From: Candidatus Latescibacterota bacterium
Lineage (GTDB): Bacteria; Latescibacterota; UBA2968
Assembly: GCA_965204745.1 (NCBI GenBank)
Contig: OZ242010.1
Coordinates: 132,007 to 196,006, forward strand
Reading direction: 5' to 3'
DNA length: 64,000 nt
Shown: one piece after another, positions 62,376-64,000 of the stretch
Layout of the letters: each line of letters opens with the position of its first letter
Position numbering within the stretch: the first letter of the stretch is position 1
Translations under genes and position numbers: made by a program
Notes under the pieces: generated by a model
Databases searched by the model: none
Told to the model about the DNA's origin: nothing
What the model saw: the letters and a program-made list of their open reading frames with translations, nothing else

Positions 62376-63371
62376 TTGGATTGCACCCCTCCCATGTCCC
62401 ACATCATCGTTGAAAATCTGACCAAAACCTTTCACATCGCCCAGCGGCAACCCGGGGTTTGGGGGGCGTTGCGCGGGGTCGTGCGGCGCACGTATCGCCA
62501 GATCGCGGCCTTGGACGGGATCTCGTTTGCGATAGCGCCCGGGGAACTCGTGGGGTATATCGGGCCGAATGGCGCGGGGAAATCCACCACGGTCAAAGTC
62601 TTGTCCGGCATTCTCGTGCCGGATGCGGGGCGGTGTGAAATCCTCGGGCGCGTTCCGTGGAAAGAGCGCGTCGCGCATGTGGCGCAAATCGGCGTGGTCT
62701 TTGGGCAGCGCACGCAACTGTGGTGGGATTTGCCGGTCATGGAATCCTTTGACTTGTTGCGCGACATCTACCGAGTTGACCCGCGCCACTACGGGCAAAC
62801 CCGCGATGAATTGATCGCCCTGCTCGCCCTCGAAGACCTCCTCGACATCCCGGTGCGCCAACTCAGTTTGGGGCAACGCACGCGCTGCGACCTGGCCGCG
62901 GCCCTCATCCATCGCCCGGCCATCCTGTTTTTGGACGAACCCACAATTGGCTTGGACGCAGTCGCCAAACTCGCGGTGCGCGACTTTGTCAAACGCCTCA
63001 ACCGGGAACGCGACATCACGGTCATCCTCACCACGCACGACATGGACGACATCGAAGCCCTTTGCACGCGGGTCATGGTCATCGCACAGGGGCATATCTT
63101 GTCCGATGGCGCGTTGGAAGACCTCCGCGACCGGGTCACAAAAGAGCGGCGCCTCATCGTCGATCTCGAAGGCGCGGGGGACATCGCGGACCCGGACGCT
63201 CGCGTGGTCTTGCGAGACGGGCAGCGCGTGCATCTCGCGTTTGACCCGGACCGCATCGCCACCGCGGCATTGATCGCCCGCATCACAGCGCGGCATCCGG
63301 TGCGCGATCTCTTTGTCGAAAACACACCTATCGAAGAAATCATCTCGCGCCTCTACGCCGAGAACCAATAG
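62376..63371 (+). CDS. ABC transporter ATP-binding protein (ABC-2 type)
   Basis: GYIGPNGAGKSTT (Walker A), LSLGQRTRCDLAAAL (signature), ILFLDEPTIGLD (Walker B). Confidence 0.85.
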   Translation: MDCTPPMSHIIVENLTKTFHIAQRQPGVWGALRGVVRRTYRQIAALDGISFAIAPGELVGYIGPNGAGKSTTVKVLSGILVPDAGRCEILGRVPWKERVAHVAQIGVVFGQRTQLWWDLPVMESFDLLRDIYRVDPRHYGQTRDELIALLALEDLLDIPVRQLSLGQRTRCDLAAALIHRPAILFLDEPTIGLDAVAKLAVRDFVKRLNRERDITVILTTHDMDDIEALCTRVMVIAQGHILSDGALEDLRDRVTKERRLIVDLEGAGDIADPDARVVLRDGQRVHLAFDPDRIATAALIARITARHPVRDLFVENTPIEEIISRLYAENQ

Positions 63372-63394
63372 CCACAAAGCCGAAGAGAAACCGC

Positions 63395-64000
63395 ATGAAT
63401 CCCTCCAATTTGCCCGTTGTCAAAGCGTACGCAGCGGTTTGTTCGGCCAGGTTCCGCGCGCTCTTGCAATACCGCGCTGCGGCAGTTGCCGGGTTTGGCA
63501 CGCAACTCTTTTGGGGCCTCATCCGCATCATGATCTTCGAGGCGTTTTTCCGATCCGCCACCGCGGCCCAGCCCATGACCTATCCGGAAGTCGCGACCTA
63601 TATTTGGCTCAGTCAGGCATTTTTGGTGATCCTCCCTTTTACGCCCGATCCGGACATCCGCGGCATGGTGCGGTCGGGCAATGTGGTCTATGAACTCCTG
63701 CGCCCGGCCAATTTGTATTTCTTCTGGTACAGCCGCGCCATCGCGCAACGCACCGCGCCCGGGGTGTTTCGCGCCCTCCCTTTGGTCATCACCGCGCTCG
63801 TCTTTTTTGAGCTGGATCTGCCGCCCGATTTTTTAGGCGCGGGGGCATGGTTCATCTCGATGATCTTCGCGATCCTCATCAGCGCGGCCCTCACCAATCT
63901 TTTGAACATTTCCATCTTGTGGACCCTATCGGGCGAGGGCATCAGCGTCCTCGTCGCGGCCTCGGCGGGGTTGTTGAGCGGGCTCGTCATTCCCTTGGCG
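63395..64000 (+). CDS. ABC-2 family transporter permease. It is partial because it runs off the window end.
   Basis: Manual translation from the ATG at 63395 gives MNPSNLPVVKAYAAVCSARFRALLQYRAAAVAGFGTQLFWGLIRIMIFEAFF... with no stop before 64000 and several hydrophobic helices. It is not in the supplied ORF track because it lacks a stop. Confidence 0.65.
   Translation, partial: MNPSNLPVVKAYAAVCSARFRALLQYRAAAVAGFGTQLFWGLIRIMIFEAFFRSATAAQPMTYPEVATYIWLSQAFLVILPFTPDPDIRGMVRSGNVVYELLRPANLYFFWYSRAIAQRTAPGVFRALPLVITALVFFELDLPPDFLGAGAWFISMIFAILISAALTNLLNISILWTLSGEGISVLVAASAGLLSGLVIPLA

Noticed and set aside
62130-63377. 415-aa minus-strand ORF
   Set aside because: It is antisense to the ABC ATP-binding protein gene (62376-63371, +).

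Overview
This is a GC-rich (about 60%), repeat-laden bacterial accessory region, probably from an uncultured lineage. The surface proteins carry eukaryote-like domains (YWTD/LDL-receptor propellers, Calx-beta, cadherin-like He_PIG, NHL-like repeats), there are non-cellulosomal dockerin domains, and a sulfatase, so a sponge-symbiont-like or candidate-phylum origin is plausible but unproven. Recognisable housekeeping genes are uvrB, a sigma-70 family factor, murQ, a KamA-like radical SAM enzyme, nfuA, a sulfatase plus Gfo/Idh/MocA oxidoreductase operon, a MoxR ATPase, an RqcH/NFACT protein, a ClpX-like unfoldase and two ABC transporters. The hunt turned up these main items. (1) A two-gene OLD-like defence module resembling PARIS (AriA-like ABC ATPase plus AriB-like DUF4435/TOPRIM), translationally coupled and sitting 13 bp downstream of uvrB. 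(2) A 6,938-aa secreted protein of about 60 Calx-beta-like domains, three GLUG modules, a PE linker, four cadherin-like domains and a C-terminal type-I dockerin. It contains about 11 near-identical 1.03-kb tandem super-repeats. (3) A neighbouring S8 subtilase with a cohesin-like module plus dockerin, a repeat protein with a dockerin half-site, a hendecad-repeat tail-anchored protein and an ABC exporter. (4) A YWTD/Calx-beta protein whose 3' end is replaced by an IS982-family insertion. (5) Two Rpn/YhgA-like PD-(D/E)XK genes (one decayed) as direct repeats bracketing the giant-protein segment. (6) A roughly 430-bp element present as an inverted pair 45 kb apart. (7) Heptamer tandem arrays (GTGAGAG/GCAAGAG/GTAAGAC/CTGACCA/GACAACT) and REP/MITE-like hairpin repeats fill almost every intergenic space. 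Many long antisense ORFs in the six-frame track are GC artefacts.
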